Below are positions 14,150 to 26,592 of a stretch of 64,000 nucleotides of DNA, piece by piece. Origin of the DNA: Antedon mediterranea (taxonomy: Eukaryota; Animalia; Echinodermata). Under the pieces are notes generated by a model. It saw nothing but the letters and a program-made list of their open reading frames with translations, made no database searches and was not told the DNA's origin. How positions within the stretch are numbered: the first letter of the stretch is position 1; each line of letters starts with the position of its first letter. Both the position numbers and the translations under genes were made by a program. The stretch covers positions 5,906,422 through 5,970,421 of the forward strand of contig NC_092678.1 of assembly GCF_964355755.1 (NCBI RefSeq), read 5' to 3'.

Positions 14150-14520
14150 CATGAATATGGGTGTTCTCTGAATATGGGAGTTTCTTGAGTATGGCTGTTC
14201 CTTGAGTATGGCTGTTCCTTGAGTATGGCTGTTCCTTGAGTAGGGGAGTTCCTTGAGTAGGGGAGTTCCTTGAGTATGGCTGTTCCTTGAGTAGGGGAGT
14301 TCCTTGAGTAGGGGAGTTCCTTGAGTAGGGGTGTTCCTTGAGTAGGGGAGTTCCTTGAGTATGGCTGTTCCTTGAGTAGGGCTGTTCCTTGAGTATGGCT
14401 GTTCCTTGAGTATGGCTGTTCCTTGAGTATGTCTGTTCCTTGAGTATGGCTGTTCCTTGAGTAGGAGTGTTCCTTGATATGGGTGTACCCTAAATAGGTA
14501 CAGTATAGGGATGTTCCGTA
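14150..14520. repeat. 17-bp minisatellite (GTTCCTTGAGTATGGCT / GTTCCTTGAGTAGGGGA), about 19 copies
   Basis: Visible tandem array; it accounts for ORFs 14048-14560 and 14131-14535. Confidence 0.95.
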
Positions 14521-15211
14521 GCAGGTGGATTCCAATAATCTTAGTTGAATTTGAAACCAAGAGGTGTATTATACAAAATCATAACTTGTTAGGTCTGAAC
14601 AGACTTTCAGTAGAGTTAAAAATAGCAATTTTCAATGGCTAATTAGTTTTCAGTAACAAATTAAAATGTTTATATTTTACACTTCTGTAGGTGATACTAA
14701 ACAAACAAGTTAAGTAAACAATATAGATAGTCAACTCAAACCAAACTGCACGTAACTAAAACGATTGCAGCTAAAATAATTATAAAGAACATTCACTCAA
14801 TACTTTGTGTTTAAAAATTGAATTAATATCAAAAAATTATAAGAAGGCATGATAAATTTTAACAGGTTCAAATTATAGACAAAAGGCTAAACTTTAGTCA
14901 GGATGCAGATAAAGCCAGCTGTGTATTACCCATAAAAAAATTGCTCACATCATATTTCATTTGAAGAGTACAAAGAGATAGCATAATGGGTGGGTAATGA
15001 AGCGCTAATTGAGATAATAAATTAACATTGTTTTATAAACAATTGTATCCACTTCTGGAATTTTAGTTTCAAATAAAAATGGAATGAAAAATAGATAAAT
15101 ATTACCAGAAGTAATTTTGGTATTCTGTGCTCCTACTGTACCTGGATAATTTGACATACTGTACAGTGGAGGTAAAGGGAAGAACATAATGCTAAAAGAT
15201 TTAGTATTTAA

Positions 15212-15470
15212 AGCCCGGTTTCCATTAAAATCGCTACAGCGTTTCCATTCAAATTGCTACACGCGCAGATGTCGCCGACGCAATCGGGAAGGCTTCCCGA
15301 TTCATTGCAGTCAAATCGGCAAAGTTCAACCATGTTCAACTTTGCCGGCAATGAATCGTATACGCGTACTAAAGAATATTTAGCGCTCGCGTACTAGATC
15401 CCCGATAAATTCTAGCGTTTCCATAGAATCGCTACGCTCTGTCGTGTAGCGATTTTATGGAAACCAAGCT
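15212..15470. mobile_element. PIF/Harbinger-type MITE (259 bp)
   Basis: TIR AGCCCGGTTTCCATTAAAATCGCTAC / GTAGCGATTTTATGGAAACCAAGCT. Flanks are TAA and TTA (TWA-type). Confidence 0.8.
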
Positions 15471-16701
15471 TTAGTAATCACATATAATACCACTGACTTA
15501 GATGCGTTTTTTATCACATTTCGAGTTATATTCTTTAAAGATAAAGTCTCTACAGTATGTTGGTTTATCCAGGTAAGTTAGGCACGTACGAACGGAACCA
15601 ATATATACAGTATATACTGTAGCTCTTTCAAAAAAGGAAAAAAGAACCAATAAATATTTTTATAGTAACTGGTATAAAAATAATCTAATGTATTCCAGCA
15701 TCAATTTTATTCTAAATGTTGTTCCCATGGCAGTACAGTACAAAAGGACATGGGTTTCTATCCTAGCCTAATTTAGGGAATTATAAATAGGGCATATACT
15801 GACCCCAAATAATACTCCCAGTTCTAATCGTACTGTATATGCCTTTTCCCTTCCTGCGTTAATCCTATATAAAGTTAGCAGGATTTCTTTTATATAAATA
15901 ATCCAACCTTGGAAGGAAGTGAAGCATGAATTATAAAGGAAGACTTATGTTTTTTTTTAATTAAATAGATCACACTGCCTATTCATTCTATGATTTCGGC
16001 ATGTTCGGTGCCAGATCAATAACAAATATGGTAATGATATGTCCAAGTTAGTATGGTAGTGATATGACATCATATGTCCATATATAAGCACAACATAATC
16101 ACATTTTTTTTCACATAAACTTTGATAGTGTAGACGGAGCTTTAACTATGTCCTATCTTTTGCTGCATAATGGTGTTATTGTTCTGTCCCCACTGGTCAT
16201 TTATTAATATATTTACATTTGTGTGATAACTTAACTTGCCATGGTGACTAAATGCTTATTTAGAAATGTGATTTACTTTTAAAAGAAAAAGAATTTAAGA
16301 TATTTATCTGTGAAAAGAAACAGCAAGCAATTGAAATAAGAGACAGACACTGGAATCTTCTACATCACAATCCCATATCATAATTAGTCTACTCAATGAT
16401 AAACTAAGGAAACAATACAGATTTTAAGAGTATAAACATTATTTTAAAGTAAACATTTTAAATATACGTATATATTATATAGGAAACATTCCACTATCAT
16501 AAATTGCTAATCTTCTATATTTATATGGGTATACGGTAAATTTAATAGTGTTACAGGTTATACACACTCCATAAAAACAAAACTAGGTCACTTTGTGAAG
16601 CAACCAATAATATGAATAAACTTTGTATTCAGAGGCCAACTTTGACTAACAGTTACTGACTAACAGTAACTAACTAACAACAGTAACTAACAGTTACTTA
16701 A

Positions 16702-17349
16702 GACCCCATTTACACTTACGATTTAGGCCGGCCCTGGGTCGGCAATTGATAAGTGTAAATACTCCAAAAAGTTAGGCCGGCCCTGGGCCGGACGCAGATC
16801 TGGGCCACCTCTCCAGGTAGGTTCAGGAGCGGCTTTTACGTTTGGGCCGGCTTACGCAGTGAACCGTGAACAACGTTTGACCTTTTTATGAGGTTGTTGT
16901 TATGACGATCCGACATTCTCAGTACATACCTTCCTCCTTTTCGGGCGACAATTTGTTTTCTTCATTATATAGTTAAATTTATTTTCAGACATCTTCTTTC
17001 AATAAAGTATTCCTCCGCTTGTTTCGCATATACATAAAATATAGCCATATTATATAAAACAGTGGGGTTCATTTTGTTTTTAATGGGACAAAAAACAACA
17101 ATACAGTACTATAAATATAAAACGGTCGGTTCGCGCGGAGAGTTGAATTGACGATCGAGAGAGAAAAATGTAAACAAACTGTACTTCGTATCCCAGCATG
17201 CAATGGTACTTCCGATAAAATTATTTACGACCAGTAATCTGCGTCGGTAGTGTAAACGCTCTGGGCCGGCCTAAAAAGTAAATATTTGCAACCGGCCCAG
17301 GACCGACCCAGGACCGGCCCTGGACCCAAACGAAAGTGTAAATGGGGTC
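16702..17349. mobile_element. PIF/Harbinger-type non-autonomous element (648 bp)
   Basis: Perfect TIR GACCCCATTTACACT / AGTGTAAATGGGGTC, TAA TSD on both sides, and subterminal GGCCGGCCCTGG repeats at both ends. Confidence 0.9.
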
Positions 17350-17828
17350 TAAGACTGTACATTTGGTTAAACTATTGCAATTAATTAATCAATACTGTGT
17401 ACGTACAATATTTGTGGGAACAATAAATTACTAGAGAATATAATATGTACTCTGAAGAAATGCTGTGGGATAAATTTGGTCGAATTCGGCTGTCAAACAA
17501 TCAGTAATACTAATACTTCTTAGTCATGACATGTCCGGTTCACGCTGGAATTCCGCACACCTACAAAACTAGCCTATCTCTTCCTACTGTACACAAACTA
17601 GCATTGTACTTGCAGAATAAACAAACAACCACCATACAATTAATAGAAGTCTGTCTGTTGACGATGTATGTTACCGTTTGAAATCTATCCGGGTTTCCGT
17701 AATAACGGTAGAGGATAAATTCTATGAAATAATGCCAAATTATTTAGGCCACTCACTGTGTGTGATGTCGATGATATACGACCAGTTAGTTACCCTTTTG
17801 AGCGACAGTGAGTGGGCCGAAGACATAC

Positions 17829-17855
17829 CGATGATTTCACTTCGGCGTAAGACAT
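17829..17855 (-). CDS. Possible short first coding exon (MSYAEVKSS), protein not recognised
   Basis: ATG TCT TAC GCC GAA GTG AAA TCA TCG followed by a gtatgt donor, just downstream of a CpG-rich promoter-like patch. The Kozak context is weak and no in-frame partner exon was found. Confidence 0.2.
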
Positions 17856-17959
17856 TTGGTCTCCAAACAAGTTTTTAAAAGTAAAACTTAATTCTACTTA
17901 CCCTCTATCAAATAAATCCTATTTTAGTAAATCATAGGCCTAATCATGATATTCCAAGC

Positions 17960-18240
17960 AAAATATACCATTCCACGCGTGTTTACGTCTTCTCAAAGCA
18001 GACTTTCAATAACAAATGCAACAGAAATATACCGTGATAACTTTCATACGACGTGCTTAGAAACTTAAGTACGCCTGCGCACACCGGAAATCACTTTATA
18101 GATATACGGCCGTTAGAGGGCTCCCAACTAAGGTAAAAAAAAAAAATCTAAAAACAAAGGAACACAATTTCTATAAAACATAACGTTTTCACATTTGCGC
18201 GCAGCGGGTACTGCGCGCAGCGGGTACTACGCGCTCTGTT
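17960..18240. promoter_or_regulatory. CpG-enriched promoter-like patch
   Basis: Local CpG excess, ETS core ACCGGAA (about 18083), and TGCGCA / TGCGCGCA NRF1-like motifs (about 18076 and 18196-18220, duplicated). Confidence 0.3.
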
Positions 18241-19228
18241 AGTAAAAAACAGGCTAAGTTATTTAGTTTTGCTTATTCAATTAAAGTCAATAGATGTCTT
18301 CAAAATTAAACAGGAGAAAGTATGTAAACCAATTTTAAATATTCAATACAAAAGTACAAGGGAACAAACGTAATTGTTTAAGTAGAAGCACAAAGAATTC
18401 CAATAAAATGATAAAAGAGACTTGCTGTAGGCCTATGTCATGATAAAAAAAAATACAATGACTTTGCGTATTTCAGATATCAGTACAACTCATGGGGTCG
18501 CCGAGATGTAAAAACGTTCCCCTTCCCTCCCCTGACTAGAGTGCCAGTATCTAAGATAATACGATTTAGCTATTAAAATACATTATTTATAAACGTACTT
18601 AACACCTGAATTATGAATTATTAAATATTAATTTCAAATCGATAGACGACATGATCAAAGCAAGCCTTTGACCATGCACCCATCAAAATGGTCAATTTTT
18701 GTCTTTTTAATCCTAAAGTAAAATACTCTTCCTGTTCTTCCTATCTTTAGCAGGCTTACTTTTTTATTCGTTTCCAGGTTGAACGAACAATTTGCCCTCC
18801 ATGCATTCAAATTCTTCTTTTATAGGAAAATGTGCATAAGAAATTATAAATATGATCAACACAGGCAGCCGGTAATGATATTAAAATTGGTGACAATATT
18901 CCACCAAGCGGATATCTAGCGCAAGTGGGTGAAACGGGGACACGGGACCTTGATCTTAAATAAGAAAAGAAGACTATCTCATTCCACTAATATTCCTAAC
19001 AGTATTATTCGTGATTACAGTTTACTGGTTAAAAAACTCTCATTAGAACGTTCCAAATGGCTTCAAGGTATTCAGTCTCATTGTAAATATTAATATCCAT
19101 TGATTATTATGATTATAAATTTCATTACGTATAGCTCTGAGTTAGAGCAAAATAATGAATAATAATGAGTAAATGTAATAAATCTGTAAATACATCGGCT
19201 GCTGTGTGGACACACGTTACCTTAACAA

Positions 19229-19785
19229 GCGTTCGTTTCATTGTTCAATGTTTACTAATAATTTTTAATTATGAAGACGTGAACATTATTAAAAAGAAAA
19301 ACTTACATGAATAATTTACCAAAATTGTATTCTATTTATTCAGTAAATTTTAAAGAAAAAGTATATCTGTGATGGCGCTAGTTACAATCCGTTACGCTTG
19401 ATTGATATTAATGGATGACGTAATGCATACATAGAGAGGAAAAGTATTCCGTGCGTTCGTTTCATTGTTCAATGTTTAGTCATAATTTTTATTATGTGAA
19501 CATTATTAAAAACAATCTTAAGAATTCACCAACAATGTATCCTATTTATTGAGTAAATTAAAAATATAGTATATGTGATGGCGCTAGTTACAATCCCTTA
19601 CGCTTAATTGATATTAATGGATGACGTAATGCATACAAAGAGAGGAAAATTATTCTGTTATTTTCCATTGGTAAACTCCTTGCGTCCGTTTCATTGTCCA
19701 ATGTTTACTCATATTTTTTATTAAGAAGACATTATTAAAAAGGATCTAAGAAAACTTATAATAATTTACCAAAATGGTATCCTAC
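19229..19785. repeat. Tandem duplication, unit about 225 bp, about 2.5 copies
   Basis: gcgttcgtttcattgttcaatgttta at about 19229, 19453 and 19682; gtgatggcgctagttacaatcc and ggatgacgtaatgcatac each occur twice. Confidence 0.85.
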
Positions 19786-20574
19786 TCCTACTAGGAAGCA
19801 ACGCGGAAGTAGTACACGCAATGTAAACGTAAATTGACCAATCAAACAAACAATGGATCACAGTATATTGTGATTGGTCAAATGACTTGTTTCGCGTGCG
19901 TCATTGCATTAGTGCGTCGTACTTTGATTTACATAATACTTAAATTTCGAACATTTTAACTATACGTTTATATTCATTTAATTCTACCTGTATTCGTTAA
20001 GTCCCAATTGACATCTTTAATTAATTTTTATTAGGTATTATATAATTTTTATTGATCTAATATGAAGCTATGTTAAAATCTCCGAATTAACGAAATCAGA
20101 TTAATGGGAAACAAATTCATAGCTTGATTACAAAATGCAGGTAAACTGTACATGTTATGCAGTCTTGCTGTCAGTTCTCAACATACAAATTACACCTATA
20201 CGCATGTTCCTATGTACAAATAAAGTAAAGCGTCTACAGGGAAAGATTGCGTAAGAAATAGTGCATGGCAACGTTGACGTTTACAATTGGTTGATATGTA
20301 CGGGGCAAGGAAGACGATTGGCTAAAATGTTGGTCGTTAGGGCAGAGCTGGTGCGCATTAGATTAAGAAATGTCATGCAAGCAATTATCAAGTTTACCTT
20401 AGTTTCTAATTGCATTTTGCCAGTGTTGTAGTGTGATTATGACTGATTGTAATTCGTCAAAAACATACAAAAATGTATCAAGTTGACGCGTGCAAACGCT
20501 TCATCCGTTTCTCGGTCACCAATAAAGTGGACCTAGAATCAACCCTACAGCATATGCCTAATTGTTTATCTACA

Positions 20575-21292
20575 TTTCATTCTTTTAAGAAAGACTAATT
20601 TCAATCTAATTGAGTCAGTCAATGTTCTACTTCAATCTGAATCAGAGTTGTTAATCTAACAATGGACTATACATAGTTCATTCGTTTACTAAAGACTACA
20701 TTTCATTCTAATTGATTCAGTCATTCTACTTCAATCTGAATCCGAGTTGTTCATTTAACAAATGACTAGGCCTATACCCTAGTTCATTATTCTAATAAAG
20801 ACTATATTCCAATCTAATTTCAGTAAATGTTCTACTTCAATCTGAATCTGAGTTGTTAATCTAACAAAGGAATAGGCCTATAGTTCATTATTCTAAGAAA
20901 AACTATATTTTAATCTCATCGAGTCAATCAATGTTCTATTTCAATCTGAATCCGAGTTGTTAATCTACAATGGACTATACCTAGTTCATTCGTTTAGTAA
21001 AGACTATATTTCAATCTAATTGAGTTAGTCAATGTTCTACTTCAATCTGAATCCGAATTGTTAATCTAACAATGGACTAATAGACTTGTTCATTCGTTTA
21101 GTAAAGACTATATTCCAATCTAATTTCATTAAATGTTCTACTTCAATCTGAATCGAGTTGTTAATCTAATAAAGGAATTTCGTTCATTATTCTAAGAAAT
21201 ATATATTATTATAGAAATATTTCAATCTCATTGAGTCAATCAATGTTCTACTTCAATCTGAATCCTAGTTGTTAATTTAACAAAGGACTATA
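20575..21292. repeat. Tandem repeat, unit about 100-110 bp, 7 copies
   Basis: ttcaatctgaatc recurs at about 20631, 20730, 20836, 20940, 21041, 21142 and 21252. Confidence 0.9.
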
Positions 21293-21873
21293 TTACACTC
21301 TTTTACTGCAATATGAACTATTCCAAATTTGCCTTGCATGTAATTACTATAAAATTTAAATGCTCAGGGATAAATCAAACAGACATAGCCTTAAAGCAAT
21401 GGTACTTACTACAATGTTGATGGGTTAAAATACGTAACAATCTACGCAATTTATGCATTGAACTAATATTCTTGTCACATCTAATTCAATTAAACTATTG
21501 TTCTAGATGCATAAACATTCAAAGAAAACGGTTTTAAAACATTCCGAAAGATCATAAAAATGCATTGGAATCCAGCATTCTCGTTTGAGGCTGCAACGAT
21601 TTAAATAAAGTTCACAAAGATGCCGATATTACTGATCTTAAAGATTGAATTTGATAAAAATGAATACAAATTATTTCGAGCAAATAGGCCTAAATATCAT
21701 TGGAATATTGTAAGTACAGTGGGCTTACAGTTACATGGCATCGACATCTGATCATCAACTTCTCTCTGACGCAAGCTACTTCGCGGTACTGTAGCTAACA
21801 GAAAAAGAAACAAGAAGTTGACACTAGTAAACTTTATTTTTTGAACAAACGTCGTGAAAGAAAGTTTGCCGGT

Positions 21874-22839
21874 GTAGATCAGGTTAGCAACTGAGGTAAA
21901 CTGCAGAAAACTAGTTTGCAGAAGTTTAGGCCATGCTAATTCTGAACAAACTAGTTTGTGAATCAAAATGACAGCCTTTGTAGGTTTAGACTACAATGGA
22001 AAACTTGTTTTCTTTGTTAGTCCAGTTGACAAACTGCAGACAATAGGTTTTCAGTCTACACACATTAGTTTCCAAACTAGAGAAAACTCCGATTTCGCAA
22101 ACAAAAAAGTTTGCTGGTGTTCTCCAAACTTAACAGTGGCAAACTCCGAATTTGCAAAAAAAGTTAGCACATTTTTTCTTTGGAAACTTTGTGAAGAAAA
22201 GACTTCCTAGTGTAGGCCCAGAGCTGTTAACAAACTGAAGGTAACATGTTTTCAGAGGTCTACACAAACAACAGTAATGATATACACACTAACATACATT
22301 TTCCTATCGTTTGTTTCAATACCAAAGTTAAAGCAATACGTCGATTTGTTGATTGAAGCTGTTGCCAGGTTATATCACGTATTCTCCGAGGAATCATCCT
22401 ATTCACCAGTGTTCTAATATTCTAAATGTATCACATTTCTGGCAAACAATACTGTATATAGTTACAGTTATGTAAATTACATCAATATTGTTCTTATCGA
22501 TGTTTTCTTATTTGAATTACTTCAACATTTGAATAGTAGTAATTTGCCAATTATAAAATGGTGTTCGTTTAATTATAAACTAATAGTTTAATTTCAATAG
22601 ACCCCGAAGCCAAGCGAATTTAATTACATAGATGATATTGTTTTGTAGAATAATATTAGTCAAATCAACACCGAAGAATGACATCTGGATTTTATATTTT
22701 AGCCGATTCTAGCACTGTATGTTTTATCAGTAGATCAGGTTAGCAACTGAGGTAAACTGCAGAAAATTAGTTTGCAGAAGTTTAGGCCATGCTTATTCTG
22801 AACAAACTAGTTTGTGAATCAAAATGACAGCCTTTGTAG
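21874..22839. repeat. Direct duplication of about 110 bp (21874-21983 and 22730-22839), probably transposon interior
   Basis: gtagatcaggttagcaactgagg...aatgacagcctttgtag is present twice with about 2 mismatches. Confidence 0.8.
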
Positions 22840-25281
22840 TTTTATCTTTTCTCTAATGTTAAATAGTGTTCTTACTATTTTTCGATAGTACATTTGTTTG
22901 TACATTTCAACTTAACCTTAACAACGAAACTGCAACGAAAAGCAAAACTAACACCACAAGGTGAAATTCATGAACTACACAGACTAAAGACATTGTCATA
23001 AGTTAAGTTCGTTGACTCGGTTATATACTCTCGGATATAACTGAATGATCCGTGAAAACGCAACGTAACGAGCACACGTTAAAGATTGTCCCTCCCCCTC
23101 CCCGCAGGAACAAGAAATAAAGGTTGATTTAAATTGAACATAAAAATACGCAAAATGAAACACTCGATTCTATCTGTACGGTCCTATATCTCCAGGACAA
23201 AAAAAAATAACCTTAAAAAATATAGTTGCCAACGAAAAGCAAAAGTAAAACTAACATCACAAGGTGTGGCTGATGAGCAAAACGAAATAATTGACACAAG
23301 GACAACAAATATAAGCACGTACGTGCAAAAAAAGCAATAGTTAATATTAAAAAATAAATACAAAATTGGCACGCACACAAGGATATAACTAAATTTGAAC
23401 TCACCACCAAGATAAGTTAGATGATCGGCGAAGACGCAGAATTACGCACACGTTAAACAAGCGTAGACAAAATACATCTTGCCAGCCGTTTTTAAAAGTG
23501 TTGATGCAAAACGAAATTAAATTTACAAACAGTACAAAACCTCAAATGATCGTAACCTTTCGTGAACTTTATCAATAAACGCCAACATAAATTATTATAG
23601 CAAGAACAATTATTTTCATTAAATCATAATCAAATTAATGTACATCACCGCGCTCACAAATTGATACATTGTCTACTCTTTTCCGAAACAAATAACTGAA
23701 ATCTATAACGATCGATAAATATTAAACGCTCGAGTTCTGCGTGTAATTGTTGATCCCCAAAGGGCAGTGAACCCCGCCAGACAATTGGCCGTCAATGAGT
23801 TGATAGTGTCAACAAAGAGGCACACAAATTTACAGAAAGAATTAAGTCAAACGTCACAATATACATGTACGAATATCAATATCCATTTACCGAAATGTAA
23901 TATCGCCGACTGCGCAACACAATCAGTAGAACCATAAGGGGACACCTTTGGGACCGATAAATCCCCTTAAAAGGCATGTCGTCTGAATAGCGGTTAGCTA
24001 TAGTGTTACAATACATTGCCCTTTCTTTTTACAGGAAAGAGGTATCCCAAGGGTTTTACTAACCATACATATTAAGTGTTATACATATACAGTGACCTGA
24101 GACTGTTTCCTTTTCATATCTGTTGATTCAAAATTGATTATGATGGAGAAAATTTGGGTCCTAAAGGTGTCTAGTTTGTGGCAGTACTGGGCGTGTTTAG
24201 ACTCAAACTATCTCTGTACAATACGATATTCAAACTTTCACTTACAATGGTACACTTTTCCATGGAAGGAACGAGGAAAAAACAATTCTGTCGTAACATT
24301 ATCATGTCCATCTCAGTGTAAGAACACATCCACTGTAGAACGCCTACTCTGGGGGACACCCTGTGAAGGGGACAACCTGTGAATGGGACACCCTGTGAAT
24401 GGGACACCCTAAGGGGCCACACGGAATGAACTACGAATAATATATAACACTGCATTACAAACTCCTAGACACTGTAGTGTATAGGCACCAACATACAGAA
24501 GTTACATTTGCAACTATTTAGGTTAATTTATAATACAATAAAATAAAATTGTGAAGAAGAACAACACGCTCTGACCTGTATTTGACAATATGCAGGTAGA
24601 GATATAACTTAAGTTACGTTTCCTAAGAGATGTGATCGAACAAAATTGATGTTAATATCTACCAGTATGTATGATGCACATCTTAATAAAGAAGCGAGTA
24701 TCTAGGACTAGCACAACATTAAGCTTCTCATTCATTTCAGAAAGTATCCTATATCCCAAAAAAGAAAGCAGGTTTATTCGTTCGTTTATTTGACACAATC
24801 TGGAGCCAACAAAGTATCCTCAGCGATGTCCACTGAATAGAGGTTGGTCATGTGGTGTGTCAATATATCCTCTTTGTATCACGGGAAAGTGTCCCCTGAA
24901 TTAGAACGTCTTCTGAATAAGACGATCCAAAGAAAGGGGTTCCCGTACATGTCATTCTTTGATCTCCGTTTCATCAATCTTACCCCCACTGCTGTTGGCA
25001 ACAGACAGTACAGTACCGGGAATATACTGAAATGGCGGGCCTTGTAATATACCAATCAAATATGGGGACCCATCCAAATGAACGGTTTGCTCTGCACAAT
25101 TAGTGACCACACATGAGCAAAAATATTCCAGACTTTTTATACAGTAAACAAGTAACCAACAATGATAAGAGGGTGGAAAATATACGTTGCTGCATTCTAA
25201 GGAAAAAGGAGATCAAGACAAAAGAAAGGATAGAGAGATGAAATATACAAACACGGCAACCTGGATGAGAATGGCACAGAA

Positions 25282-25695
25282 ATGAAAATTGCTAGAGAAG
25301 GGCTTCACCCAACCATGGATGAAGATGATGAATAAGATGAAAAAGATGGAAAAGATGAAGATGAAGCTGAAGATGATGACGATGAAGCTAATGATGATGA
25401 AGATGAAGCTGATGATGATTAAGCTGAAGCTGTTGATGATGACGATGAAGCTAATGATGATGACGATGAAGCTAATGATGATGAAGATGAAGCTGAAGAT
25501 GATGACGATGAAGCTAATGATGATGAAGATGAAGCTGATGATGATGACGATGAAGCTGATGATGATGAAGCTGATTACGATAAAGCTGATGACGATGAAG
25601 CTGATGATGATGACGATAAAGCTGATGATGATGAAGCTGATGATGATGATGACGATGATGATGATCATCATGATGAGAAAGAATGCGATTATTAA
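25282..25695 (+). repeat. (GAT/GAA/GCT)n low-complexity tract reading as an Asp/Glu/Ala-rich frame with two TAA stops
   Basis: The frame from ATG 25282 reads MKIAREGLHPTMDEDDE*DEKDGKDEDEAEDDDDEAN...DDDHHDEKECDY*. Internal stops are at 25333 and 25420. Confidence 0.8.
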
Positions 25696-26523
25696 AAGCA
25701 CACAATCGAACAAGTTTATATTGTTGAAATAGACATTTTAATGTTCGATATTACGACAGATTATCGATTCAACATTTACAATTTTTAATGACAATCAGTG
25801 CCGAAAAATATTTGTTGTAAGCAAAATACAACGTAGTTACCCTGAGCGCAGCTTTTTTCAACGCCTAGTGACTGTTGCGCCGGATGGTTAACTTGAAGAT
25901 AAAATATGTTATTTAAATATCACGATTAAAAACCGCACTTTTAATATCCCTTTTCTTAATTTATACATTTTCACGACCAAACGTAAATTATGCAATAACC
26001 AACTACTACAGACGACCAGCCTATAGCGAAAGGTGCCATGTTAATTTAATGTAACGATTAATGCTCTCATGTCTCCCGAATTCTAGCTGATCTGGGCAAT
26101 TACATTTATTTATGAGCGTAAATGTTTGTTAATACGCGACTAAAATCCGAATGACCGCTGTTTATTGATCCACTCAATTTTAGCAATACGTTTAGTGTAA
26201 CTACACATGGATATCAAAACCATATTTATTTGCAAGCAGTAATACTACAAAAAAAAGATATATCTAGATTATGTCTTTAAAACGTTTGTCCGAGCCAGCG
26301 CATAAAAACAGTGGATACAATTTTCCAGTGTTTTTTAAAAAAAACTCACGCAATCATGCCACCAGGAAATGACACCACACACACTTCGGCCAAGTCCGAT
26401 TAATGTTTTGTAAACATATCTTAAGATTGTAATATATCCTGCCTTTAGAAAGATGAATCATGGTGTCCCCAATAGCATCGACACAACAGGTTTAATTGAT
26501 TGATTAAATTTATAACATCAAAT

Positions 26524-26592
26524 TGTCTTCGGGTGGACGTAGATGTCTTCGGGTGGACGCATATGTCTTCGGGTGGACGCAGATGTCCTTCG
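26524..26592. repeat. 20-bp tandem repeat (TGTCTTCGGGTGGACGYAKA), about 3.3 copies
   Basis: Directly visible. Confidence 0.85.

Noticed and set aside
14048-14560. ORFs of 170 and 134 aa
   Set aside because: They are translations of the 17-bp minisatellite.
18477-18510. YQYNSWGRR resembling an amidated neuropeptide
   Set aside because: It is too short, has a weak donor, and lacks a signal peptide or supporting exons.
20575-21292. Regularly spaced conserved motif resembling CRISPR repeats
   Set aside because: The intervening sequences are homologous to each other, so it is a tandem repeat; the context is eukaryotic.
25213-25732. Ile/Phe-rich, Met/Lys-rich and His-rich ORFs
   Set aside because: They are alternative frames of the (GAT)n-type tract.
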